This document shows, one piece after another, positions 40,499-52,662 of a stretch of DNA of 64,000 nucleotides. The notes under the pieces are model-generated. The model searched no databases and was not told where the DNA came from. It saw only the letters and a program-made list of their open reading frames with translations. The position numbers were made by a program, and so were the translations under genes. This stretch comes from Octopus vulgaris (Eukaryota), in contig OX597829.1 of NCBI GenBank assembly GCA_951406725.2, positions 9,300,001-9,364,000 on the forward strand. Reading direction: 5' to 3'. The stretch's first letter is position 1. The number at the start of each line of letters is the position of its first letter.

Positions 40499-41030
40499 AA
40501 GCCAAGACCATTAGATTCCTTGGAAGAAATCAGTGAACGTATTTGAAAACAAGGACAGAAAAAAAACGGAGACACGGTACACAAATACAAATGCAAATAA
40601 CAGGACATAACAACAGGTGTCTTTCGACTAAGAACGAATTGAATTAAGTTGGCGTGTATGAAAATGAAGCCTTATGGCAGGGACATAAGAGTTGACAGGT
40701 ATGGGGAGGAATATAGATGTTGCAGAGATGGTAGTCGAACCAAGAAAGAAAGGTCAGGCTTGGCTGAACACTGGTCACGTGGGGAGAGAGAAGAGAGATA
40801 AAATCATTAATGATTTTACCAGGGGTTCAGCGCGGAAATGAAATTTTACGAATATTTTAATAATTATATAAATAATTATAACGAGATATTGGTTGTAAGC
40901 GTCTCCACGAGCTGGAAAAATAGACGCCAAAAGCCGGTATTACCACCTTAAAAACTCCGAAAATAAATATTTCTACGAGTGTGTATGTATATTTGCTGTA
41001 CGATGATACTGTTCGTAAATACTATGAAAG

Positions 41031-41102
41031 ATCATTGCTGATGAGAGCAATAAGTAATATTTCTTTTTACTTTAAGCTTGAAAGAGGATCCTGTACAACA
41101 GT
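41031..41102 (+). ncRNA. Type I hammerhead, partly degenerate
   Basis: uug-CUGAUGA-gagc...gcuu-GAAA-gaggauccug-UA-caa; near-palindromic stem III. Confidence 0.55.
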
Positions 41103-41250
41103 TTGTTTCATTATCTTTCTTTTGCCCGACTTCAGCCCAATGTTTTATTTTCGAAGTTTTTAAGGTGGTAATAGCGTCTTTTGGCATCTAATTTTCCAGA
41201 GTGTGGAGAGGTTTATAGCCAATTCCTTGTTATAATTATGTATATATTTA

Positions 41251-41341
<91 letters not shown>

Positions 41342-41429
41342 TAATATGAGGGAATACTATTCCAAACTTACAGGGAAAAATTCAATTTAGAAATACTAAA
41401 TTAAAGTTCACAAAATATAACAACAGCTG

Positions 41430-41469
<40 letters not shown>

Positions 41470-41650
41470 AAAAAAGGATAAAATCTCCATAAGAAATTAT
41501 CAAGTAGTTAGCGTGAAAAACTTCATAGGATTACGAAATCACTGGTGATCTGCAGCTAAATTCTGTTTTTAAATGACTTGCTTTGAGACTTGCATTCGGT
41601 ACGATATGTTTATTTTGGGAGTTTTGACTTAAAGAGTCCCTCCTGCCCTC

Positions 41651-41701
<51 letters not shown>

Positions 41702-41708
41702 ATATATA

Positions 41709-41779
<71 letters not shown>

Positions 41780-41821
41780 TTGAGTTGTGGGGTATCGCAC
41801 GAGTGGGATTATATAAGAAAA

Positions 41822-42837
41822 AAGGTTTGAAAATGCAATTTAAACGATGTTTATTTACTTAACCGGTTTCACTCTTTGGTAAAAGATTGTCAAAAGTTAC
41901 ATTTAAGGAAACATTGAATAATATGGGTTCAAAAAAAGTTTTTTACATAATTGTCACATTGAATATTATGCATTCAAAAAGTTTTTTACATAATTGTCAC
42001 ATTGGATATTATGGGTTCATATATGTGGGTGCGTTGTGTGTGGGTGTGTGTGTTCTGTGTGTGTGTGTGTTGTTTGTATGTGGTTTGTGTTTGTATACTA
42101 TGTGTGTGTGTGTGTGTGTATTTGTGTGTGTGTGTGTTTGTGTGTATATATATGTGTGTGACAAACAGACGCTGTCTGACCAGCAGGCACGGACACATCT
42201 ATTCACACTTGTGCATACTAACCTCTCTGATAACCCCAAAATCATTCATGCATAAAGGGGAAGTATACACCACATTGGCTACTTCTGTTCTCTCAGTTCA
42301 GCCTTTCTGCTAATACTGACAGGTCAGTAAAAACATACTTAAAATATTCTGAGATGGACAAAAAATCCATTTTAATTTTTGCTGTCAAAACGCTGTATAT
42401 ATATACCAAAGATTGTATATATATACATGTAATGTGACAATTTGCGACAACCAATAATTAACGCAACCAATTCCCAATAATATATTTGTTTTATCCTTTT
42501 CTGCCAAATTTTCCCAAATAATGTGACAATTATGTATAAAAAAACATTTTTGAATTCATAATATCCAATGTGACAATTATGTAAAACTTTTTTGAATGCA
42601 TAATATTCAATATGACAATTATGTAAAAAACTTTTTTGAACCATAATATCCAATGTGACAATTATGTAAAAAACGTTTTTTTGAATGCATAATATTCAAT
42701 GTGACAATTATGTAAAAAACTTTTTTGAACCCATATTATTCAATGTTTCCTTAAATGTAACATTTTGACAATCTTTTACCAAAGAGTGAAACCGGTTAAG
42801 TAAATAAACATCGTTTAAATTGCATTTTCAAACCTTT
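41822..42837. mobile_element. Inverted pseudo-LTR pair (41822-~42020 / ~42520-42837) containing ~44-bp tandem subrepeats
   Basis: aaaggtttgaaaatgcaatttaaacgatg... mirrored by ...catcgtttaaattgcattttcaaacctttt; unit tgtgacaattatgtaaaaaacttttttgaa... Confidence 0.8.
41857..41897 (-). ncRNA. Minimal type I hammerhead, U3-A8 variant (mirror copy on + strand at ~42760-42801)
   Basis: acuu-UUGACAA-ucuuu(uacc)aaaga-gu-GAAA-ccgg-UU-aagu. Confidence 0.6.
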
Positions 42838-42843
42838 TAAAGT

Positions 42844-42866
<23 letters not shown>

Positions 42867-42874
<8 letters not shown>

Positions 42875-43514
42875 TAAGGGCTCCTAAATAAAGATGCCGA
42901 GTGCTGGGAACACAAAAAGCACTCGGCATCTTTATTTAGGAGCCCTTAATTGTATAACCACATGAATAATATTTTTCTATATGAATAATATTTTCGTCTT
43001 ATGACTAATTCGTCTTTTGTGCTGGGCACCTGGTAGTAAATAATATTACTACCCTTCTTGTTTATATTCGCATACTACATGATGAATTTATTCGTAAAAT
43101 TCTTCCCGGCATGCCCGTGTAAATTTTGCGTCTGCGCAGAGATTTGAAAAGTTAAGATCTGCTAGTAGTCGGGTTTAACATATAGCCCCACATCGCTGCA
43201 GACCTCGATTAAATTCAGGCGACTCGCTGATGAAGCCAGCCTTAGCAAACATATTCTGTGTTTTGCTAGAAAGAAGCAGAAACCGCGGTACGAGTTGTTA
43301 AAATTATCGGTAAACGTTTTTGATTTTCACTCTCGATAAATTCATCCCCTTTTTGTGTTCCCAGCACTCGGCATCTTTATTTAGGAGCCCTTAATTGTAT
43401 AACCACATGAATAATATTTTTCTATATGAATAATATTTTCGTCTTATGACTAATTCGTCTTTTGTGCTGGGCACCTGGTAGTAAATAATATTACTACCCT
43501 TCTTGTTTATATTC

Positions 43515-43515
<1 letters not shown>
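42867..43515 (+). mobile_element. Non-coding Penelope-type/retrozyme-like unit: short inverted copy plus 445-bp-period direct repeat
   Basis: 42867-42918 is the reverse complement of ~43350-43401; 42919-43070 is repeated at 43364-43515; flanked by (TA)n. Confidence 0.85.
43218..43299 (+). ncRNA. Type I hammerhead ribozyme with intact core
   Basis: ggcgacucg-CUGAUGA-a-gc...uagcaaac/guuuugcua...gc-a-GAAA-ccgcgg-UA-cgaguuguu; palindromic stem III. Confidence 0.8.
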
Positions 43516-43584
<69 letters not shown>

Positions 43585-43721
43585 GAGAAAAAACACCTTT
43601 TATCAATTCAATAATGAAAAATTAAATCTAGAAAACTACATATTATTGAAAAATTAAATATAATATAAAAAATATTAAGTAATGTGCAAAATAATAAATA
43701 AAAGGTATTTATTTTGTAGAA

Positions 43722-43825
43722 TAACGAAACTTGTTTCGTGGCGATATTTAAGAAATGATTATAGTAAAAACATTAGTAGTAGTAGTAAAATTATTTCAAT
43801 ATAAATATTGCCACTCATCAGGTTA
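43722..43825 (-). ncRNA. Type I hammerhead candidate with long stem II
   Basis: uaac-CUGAUGA-guggcaauauuua...uaaauaucgccac-GAAA-caaguu-UC-guua. Confidence 0.6.
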
Positions 43826-44289
43826 AAGATAACTACAATAATAAAATAATTAATTAATAAATATACGTAAATAATCTTTTAAAAATATAAACGTATATGT
43901 AAAAATATAAACGTATATATACATATGTATATGTATTAGTGGATGCTTTTTGCGCATGTATGTATATGCATATGCATGTGTTTGTTACCTGTGTACATAT
44001 ATATATATATATGTATGCAGAATAAGACTGAAGTTTCGATTTTGACTGTATGATATATGAATATAATGACATTATTTGTTGAATTAATGTGCTTACATCT
44101 TTCATAGGCATCTGTCTATATATTATGTTATACTATATTATATATGTGATATATCATATATTATATTATACTATATTATATTATACTATATTTTATGTGA
44201 TATTTTCCATCTACTCTGTATTGTGGCACATAATCTAGTATTGGTATTAATAATAATAATAATAATATTAATAGTTTTGGTAATGTAAT

Positions 44290-44827
44290 GACAGTTTAAA
44301 CAGTGCCTAGCGACCCGTAACCTCCACTTAGCTATGTACTTTCGATATGTTGACGACATTAAGCTTGTCGTGAAATGTAATAATAATACAGACACAGAGA
44401 TAGACTCTCCACTAAATGAAGAACAGGTGATGACAGCTATACAACACATAGCTGACTCTATTCATAGCAGTATAAAAGTTACCGTGGACTACCCCAGTAA
44501 TAGATTACCTGTCCTAGATATTGAGCTGTGGATGGAAAATACTATGATTAACGGAACTGTTAAACCCTGTATACTCCACTCACACTATTGTAAACCTATG
44601 GCTAATCCACTGGTAATCCGTAATGATTCAGCAATGTCGAGTACTACCAAGCTCAACATCCTGGTGGCAGACTTAGTTAGAGTAATGAGGAATGTATCTC
44701 CACTATGCCAACCACAAGAACGACAACAACACATCCAGCACTTCATATTCCGAATGCAACGACCAAGATACACACACTATTACAGAATCAGAGTGTACAA
44801 AGGAGCGAAAACAAGATTCGAACGCAT
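44290..44827 (+). mobile_element. Penelope-like RT C-terminal/thumb fragment (different family from 10.6 kb)
   Basis: YFRYVDD, IKVTVDYPS, RLPVLDIELW, HYCKPMAN, SAMS...KLNIL. Confidence 0.85.
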
Positions 44828-45278
44828 TCTAAGTTACGGTTCAGTTCAGTCCATTATCAATGAAAATTTGGATATGAAGCGCGTGTCTGCCACGTTTTTG
44901 CCAAAACTGCTTTCAGCTGACCAAGAAGACACTCAGGTTTCAGTTGTACAAGATCTCCTTGACTGTGTCGAGAAAGATGAAAACATTTTGAAAAACTTTG
45001 CGTAGGCCTCTGAGCAAGTATAGCCTCGCTTTTGGCAAAATTTGATGCATATTCTCTCTCTCAACTTTCTCTGTCATTATCGATGAGATGATCACACGCT
45101 ACATACGTTTCTTCCAAGCATTAGTGTAGACAGTAGAAATGCACTACAACGTTAAAATTTGTGCACATGCACAACAGTGTTCAAGGTCAATTTGTGCCAA
45201 GCAGCTTCACTTTACGCTTTTTAGCTTCGTTACTTTGGCAACAGTCCGTATATTTATTGATCAGACCCACGCGTGTAT
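44828..45278. mobile_element. Rearranged mariner relic: internal part on + (44828-~44997), 5' end with TIR on - (~44997-45278)
   Basis: + strand LSYGSVQSIINENLDMKRVSATFLPKLL; - strand MTEKVE..ICIKFCQKRG and ggtctgatcaataaatatacggactg TIR-like end. Confidence 0.8.
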
Positions 45279-45493
45279 ACATATATATATACATATATAT
45301 ATTCTTTTATCCTTTTACTTGGTTCAGACATTTGACTGCAGCCATGCTGGAGCACCACTTTTAGTCGACAATGTTAGGGTACAAACACAAACACACAAAC
45401 GTAAACACACATACACACACATACACACACACACAATCACACACACACACAAACACACACACGCACACACACACGTATATATATATATATATG

Positions 45494-45877
45494 TCAATAT
45501 AAGGGTAGCAAAAAATTCAAGAAAAATATTTCGCCACCATCGAATATTGTTGAAATTATATATATATAGTCTGTAACTATTTCTCTTTCTCACTAGACCG
45601 CTGGTGGCGAAAAATTTTTCTTGAATTTTTTGCTACCCTTATATTGATTAATTGATGACTTTTTGGCTAATTTTGAAATTATTTCAGCAGATTATATTTG
45701 CTGCTGAGAAAATGGTTTACCAAAGTGTCGAAACTATGCATAGTCCAAAGATGATAAGGGTAAATGTTTTTATTTCTCCCTTGGTTTCAGAATTACAACT
45801 ATTTAGCGGTTTGAGTTTGGCTGCTCTTTCTAGTGGGTCGAATGGCCTATCAGGGCCATTCCTTAATATTGTTGAAA

Positions 45878-45880
<3 letters not shown>
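45494..45880. mobile_element. Palindromic pseudo-LTR-like element (arms 45494-45539 / 45602-45647, right arm extended)
   Basis: tcaatataagggtagcaaaaaattcaag... mirrored; extension has gac...gtc-GAAA-ctatgcatag-TC with a degenerate first core segment. Confidence 0.7.
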
Positions 45881-45921
<41 letters not shown>

Positions 45922-46433
45922 AGATCCAGGGATCGAGGTGTAGGAAGAAAGTTAGCTTCAAGCAACCCATGGTAAATACAAAAATATAATAATAACTTCA
46001 GGAACACTATTGGTTGATTAAGACAGAAAATTGTGGATTTTTTCGTATCGAAGAGCGATAAACTGAAAACAAATACTGATTGAATCTTCTATGTGTAGCA
46101 TGGACATCCTTATAACCTTGAAGATATCCTTGGCCTGAGGGGTACCACTTCTGAGGTTCCGCTCGCTATAAAACATATGAAGCCAGGGTTTTAATCTACT
46201 TCATTCCGTAACCCTTACATTTTTATTGGCATACCCGACAACTCTAGTTGCGTACCGTGAAAAATAAAATAACTTTTTCAGTTTATCGTACTGCGATACA
46301 GAAAAAAACATCCACAACCTTCCGCCCCAATAAACCATTATTGGTCTTGAAAGTTGTTTTTATATATTTTCTACGGATGGCTTTAAGCTCACACCCTTCC
46401 TACATTTCGACCTTTGGATCTTACGTTTTATAT

Positions 46434-46535
<102 letters not shown>

Positions 46536-46584
46536 TTTCATCTAGTTTCAGCTCACGAGCTGTGGTCATGCTGAGGCACCGCCA

Positions 46585-46626
<42 letters not shown>

Positions 46627-46697
46627 TATATATGTGTATACATTTATATACACATTATATATATATACATAAAAATACAAATAAATTTATATATATA

Positions 46698-47191
46698 CTA
46701 GCAGTATCGCCCGGCGTTGCTCGGGTTTGTAAGGGAAATAACTATATAAGCATTTTTAGAGAGTTACTTCCCTTATAAATTCGGGCTTTCTTAGCCATTT
46801 TTGTTTTGGTGTCTTCAAGCCATGAAGTCGTTGTTCTAAAAGAACGCTGGTTTCCTTCACAACGCATTACGACGTTGATTTCTTTACACTCCCTTCCCCA
46901 CAGCTTCACGAGGGAGGGAAGGGGGAGAAGCAAACAGGTGCAGCTGTGAGCGTGGACGCCAACTCCGCCGCCATCGACACACGATGCATTTTATGCATTA
47001 AAATGGAATAAAAAATGATGTTAAATTATTTTTAAAATCGTAGACTCATCGTTGACGCGCGCTAATAGCCAGACGGGCTCGATATGAATCACGACTATAA
47101 GATACCTGAATTAGGTTAAACTGCACCGCAAAATGTGGGAGGAGTTAGGAATCTAAATCGAAGGGGACAGACACTCACACAACTACAGTTT

Positions 47192-47200
<9 letters not shown>
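46698..47200 (-). mobile_element. Non-autonomous Helitron, third copy of the 26500 family
   Basis: ctagcagtatcgcccggcgttgctcggg...ggacagacactcacacaactacagtttt. Confidence 0.88.
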
Positions 47201-47231
<31 letters not shown>

Positions 47232-47444
47232 AGCGCACACGTGCACGTGCACACCCCCACATACGCAGTCAAGCACGAGCAGGCACTCGCACGCACGCAC
47301 ACTCACGCACACACCTTTATGTTCTTTGCTTTGTTTTGTTTTTTCGTTTATTTCCTTGTTGCTGTGTTTGCGTCACTACCTATATATATATATATATATA
47401 AACCAGCGTGCGACTATATTCGATAACATACATATGTATATGTA

Positions 47445-47498
<54 letters not shown>

Positions 47499-47509
47499 TG
47501 TATATATAT

Positions 47510-47810
47510 CACCGTGATCACCGTGACCGACCAGGCTATCAGATGTTGATACACATCGCTGGTCACAATGCACTTCGCATTGTTTTAGCCTTCAAATGAC
47601 GCCACCCTGCTGGCTAAGCGAGCTGGCCAACAGAAGAAAGAGTTGTGGCGAAAGAGTACAGCAGGAATCGCCACCACCACCCTGTCGGAGCCTCGTGGAG
47701 CTTTAGGTGTTTTCACTCAATAAACACTCACAACGCCCGGTCTGGGAATCGAAACCGCGATCCTACGACCGCAAGTTCGCTGCCCTAACCACTGGGCCAT
47801 TGCGCCTCCA
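47510..47810 (-). mobile_element. SINE family C (head shared with 25487, different tail)
   Basis: Minus-strand tggaggcgcaatggcccagtggttagggc...ggtttcgattccc (B box). Confidence 0.85.
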
Positions 47811-47811
47811 C

Positions 47812-47855
<44 letters not shown>

Positions 47856-47989
47856 CACATGTTCCAAGCTGTCGTGATGCGCGCGCGTATTTGCAAAGAT
47901 GAGTGCGTTCATGTAAATACGCAGTGCGTGTGTGGTGCTACACGTGTAGATATAGAAAGGTTATTTAATCGATATCACTGAGAGGGCGC

Positions 47990-48630
47990 TGGTGGCCAAA
48001 AGTGGTGGAAGTGATGGAGATGGTGATGCACTTCGTCTTATTGCAGATGATGCTGGTCGTGGTGTTTGTAGAAGCGATGGCGATGGTGGTGGCAATTATG
48101 AAGATTGTGGTGGTGGTAGTGGTGGTGATGAAACGAGGACAATAACGATGATGGTGGTATTGGTGGTGGTGGTGGTGTGGTGGTGGTGATGATGGTGGTG
48201 GTGATAGTTATGATGCTGATGATGTGCTTATGAAGTCGACGTTATGACAACGTTGATGATGATAATGATGGTGATGATGATGATGATAATGATGGTGATG
48301 ATGATGATGATAATGATGGTGATGATGATGATGATAATGATGGTGATGATGATGATGATAATGATGATGATGATGATTCTGATAATGATGGTGATGATAC
48401 TGTTGATAGCGGTTGACGACGGCAATGACGATGATGATGATGATTGAAGCAATAGTAGTAATTGTGGTTTGGTCGTTACTAGTAGTTTTGTGTGTGTGTG
48501 TGTTTGTGTGAGTGCTTTATTGTTGTTCTTAAAATTGATGTTGGCGGTGGTGTTGACGGTAATGGTGGTGGTGGTGGTTGTGGTGGTGGGCGGTGGTGGT
48601 TGTGGTGGTGGGCGGAGGATGGAGGAGGTA
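47990..48630. repeat. Degenerate (GGT/GAT)n low-complexity tract
   Basis: Direct inspection. Confidence 0.9.
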
Positions 48631-49321
48631 GAAAGTTTAGAAATTCAGGAAAGCTAAACCAAAGTACTTTAGGCCGACGCGACAATCTATTTCTTCTTCA
48701 ACTCGGAGTAAAACACAAAACCAGAATAATAGATAAAGCATACAACAGAGAAATACGCTCGCACGCACGCTCACACGCACACACACACACACACACCTAC
48801 TCACACAGACACACACAAACACAGAACAAATCACAAACACCCAGACATACACATACACACAGAGACATACACACACACACACACAACAAATCTCACACAC
48901 ACATCTAAACACACTCAAACGCCTAGACACACATACAACAAATCACACACACATACACCTACACACACACGCACAACAAATTGCACACACACACCTACAT
49001 ACACACACAGACACAAACACTTACACACATACAACTAGTCACATACATACGCACACACATACCTCCCTCCCCCGGCACACACTCAATGCATGAGTATGAA
49101 TAAACACGCTTAAATGTATATGCGGGTGTGCATGTTGTGTGTGTGCGCGCGCGTGAGATGTACATGTGCATTTGCAAATGTTCATACGTGTATACGTATG
49201 CATAGAGATGCCCACATGTGTATGAAATATACACACGTATACACGCATTTACGCATATGCATACATACAGGGACACACAGACACACACACATGCACATAT
49301 ATTCATACATCAATATGCGTA

Positions 49322-49356
<35 letters not shown>

Positions 49357-49358
<2 letters not shown>

Positions 49359-49375
49359 TATGAAGTAAAGCAAAG

Positions 49376-49441
<66 letters not shown>

Positions 49442-49512
49442 TATGAAGTAAAGCAAAGTGATGTATATATATATATATATATATATATGCTATGAAGTAA
49501 AGCAAAGTGATG
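49357..49512. repeat. Three identical 24-bp units separated by variable (TA)n
   Basis: gctatgaagtaaagcaaagtgatg at 49357, 49440 and 49489. Confidence 0.9.
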
Positions 49513-49576
49513 TATATATATATATATATATATGTATGTATTTGTTTATATATATATATGTATTTGTGTGTGCATT

Positions 49577-49634
<58 letters not shown>

Positions 49635-50079
49635 TATATAAGTGGTACAAGAAACAGTTTGCCCAAACACATAAAATTCCAACCATCTATCTTTACAGGT
49701 ATTGAAATAGATAATGATAGAAAAAGACAGTGATAGAATGAAAAATAGTGAGAGAAAAAGGAGAGAGAGAAGGAAAAAGAAAGGCAAGCAAAGAGAGAGA
49801 GAGGGGGTCAAAGTACGTTAGTTTGAAATCATACACAACCGCCTTCCACCCAACGACCATCCTCACTCACTGATGTAGCCTGCATCTCCTACACCAGCTT
49901 ATACATACATCGCCTGTAAAATCTTCTGCAAATCTTGGTAAATTGTTCAATTGTCGATGCTTTTACCGAATAAATTGGATTTCGATCCTGGGTCACTTCG
50001 AATTAAGTATATGGACAGGCGTATATGTGTATATAAAATTGTGTTGATGTTTTTCAGTATATTGAGAGTCATGCCATAC

Positions 50080-50164
<85 letters not shown>

Positions 50165-50175
50165 TATATATATAC

Positions 50176-50251
<76 letters not shown>

Positions 50252-50654
50252 TGGTAGATCTTTTAAAGTTGTGTTTTATGTATGCATAATGCATGTATGT
50301 ATGTGTATGTACGTATGTGCATATATATATATACACACGCACATATATATATATATATATATATGTATATACATGCACGCTTATGTGTAAATAAGTGATT
50401 ATCAATAAAGGGGCATTCTGCAGATATGCGTGTGTCAAAACATGTAAAAGTTTCCAAGGAGCAAAGTACACACAAGCCTAGACTCACAAAGTAACCTTCA
50501 GATACAGGCACATACACTCTAACGGATATAAATGCGTGTATGAGTGCATTATACGTGTGTTCGCGCGTTTGCATTTGTGTGTTTGTGTGTGTGCATACTG
50601 ACATACGGATATACGCATATTTTTAGAAATATGTTTAGAGAAACATATATATCT

Positions 50655-50790
50655 GTATTTCGTTTTTGGATTTGGTTTGCAAGATTCTTTATGTGAGTTC
50701 GTGTGTTGAAGCATATTCTGTTGTGTCTGCGGAGAGTCATTCTCTTTTACTGCCTTTTAATGTAACACACTCACCGGTAAAATTTCCACT
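50655..50790 (-). mobile_element. Fragment of the 523-855 element
   Basis: ggatttggtttgcaagattc...gtgttgaagcatattctgttgtgtctg...ccggtaaaatttccactt is the reverse complement of ~717-850. Confidence 0.8.
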
Positions 50791-50877
50791 TACTGATGAT
50801 ATATACTGCATACATATATGTACTAACAGTATATATCTGTATTAATTACATGTACTAAAAATGTATATGTATGAATG

Positions 50878-50935
<58 letters not shown>

Positions 50936-50992
50936 TATATAATATATATACACCCATACATATATATATAATATATATACACACACACATAC

Positions 50993-51027
<35 letters not shown>

Positions 51028-51151
51028 ACATATATATATAGTAATCAATATTATTATCATTTTAACATCTATTTTTTATGCATACATATGTATGTGTAAA
51101 GTTTTGCGCAGGTCTTACTATTTAAGTATTTCCGTTGATACACACACATAC

Positions 51152-51183
<32 letters not shown>

Positions 51184-51591
51184 TACATTGTGTGCGTGTG
51201 TACTTGCATACCCAACTGTTTCTTTCTTTTATTGACTTGTATAAGTGGCAATCGTTGAGTTGTAGCAAAGTAGAAGCAACGCCATATATTATACAGTTTT
51301 TGACATTGAATCTCCCTACATTTAAAATACTACATATTTTTTGTGACCTTGAAGAGTATGCATAGGCTAAAATTTGAACTGAGGACTTCAATATTAAGCA
51401 AATTTTTCATGGTCTAACAAAACCCCCTCATTATTTACTCAGTCCCAAGAACAATACTGCCAATCAAAACCACTCAAACTGCATCCACCCACCCACATGC
51501 AACCTCTTATATAAATATATATATTTATTTAAATACACACATTCAAATATATGTGTATTTATGTATAATATATATATGCTTGTATAGATAT

Positions 51592-51843
51592 ATTGTAAAG
51601 TATATTTGCCACCTAAATGTGGCTGACCCATAAGGGACGATGCTACTGTAGTTTGTAGCCCCAGGAAGACATCTCCTACAGCTGGCTAACGACACACTCT
51701 TTGTTGCCCGATCAGTATTTGCGAAGGGAAATCATTGTTCCCATCCCTAGCCTTACCTGATACACACGGACCCGGGTTATAAACTAAAGTAGCATCGTCC
51801 CTTAAGGGTCAGCCACATTTAGGTGGCAAATATACTTCACAAT
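51592..51843. mobile_element. Inverted-repeat element (~70-bp arms), MITE or inverted pseudo-LTR
   Basis: aagtatatttgccacctaaatgtggctgacccataagggacgatgctac... / ...gtagcatcgtcccttaagggtcagccacatttaggtggcaaatatactt. Confidence 0.75.
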
Positions 51844-51887
51844 GTCGTGCTGCTGCTGTTTACATCTCGCTCAGCAATTTATTATTG

Positions 51888-51922
<35 letters not shown>

Positions 51923-52146
51923 TTGCAATATATATTTATATACGTATACTTCTTCTTTCTGGCGAAGAGCCATGCTCGAAAAGTTTATAAATGTCTCCTC
52001 TTTTCCTCCTTTACTGGACGTCAAACTAACACATTTCAAGTGTACGTCGTTTTGACTATAATATATGTATATATATGTATATATATATATATGTATGTAT
52101 GTGTGTGTGTGTGTGTGTACGTGTGTGTGTGTGTGTGTGTGCGTGC

Positions 52147-52266
<120 letters not shown>

Positions 52267-52564
52267 TCTCTGGCCCGCTCGATTCACCTTTTGTTAAATG
52301 CATCAGGATATTCTCCTAGCGTTGACTATTTCTGTCTACAATGTGGTCCTAAGGCCTTATTTTGTTCGTCTATCTATATCAGTTCGTTTCTACGCTCACA
52401 GTCCCGTTTCTTTCCTTTGCCATCCTTCACACATCCACTACTTGTCTCGTTTTCGATTACATTTATTCCACGTTTGTATGTTAACTGTCTGTATCGCATT
52501 CTTGTCTGTTTGTACATGTCTTGTCTTATTTCTTGCTTTTTGGCTCTCTAATTCCTAGCGGCAT

Positions 52565-52662
52565 TTGCCGCCGGCGGCGCCACCAGTAGAGTATTTAGTA
52601 TTATCGGTTAGGCACGAAATTACGGTTGACCCACTAGACGATAACTGATGAGAATTTGGTAA
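52565..52662 (+). ncRNA. Candidate non-circularly permuted hammerhead, family 3-related
   Basis: UUGCCG ccggcg GCGCC a ccaguag aguauu UAGU A UUAUCG guua GGCAC GAA AUUA cgguugac ccacuag a CGAUAA CUGAUGA gaauu UGGUAA. Confidence 0.6.

Noticed and set aside
49357-49512. CRISPR-like repeat-spacer pattern
   Set aside because: Spacers are pure (TA)n, eukaryotic context, no cas genes
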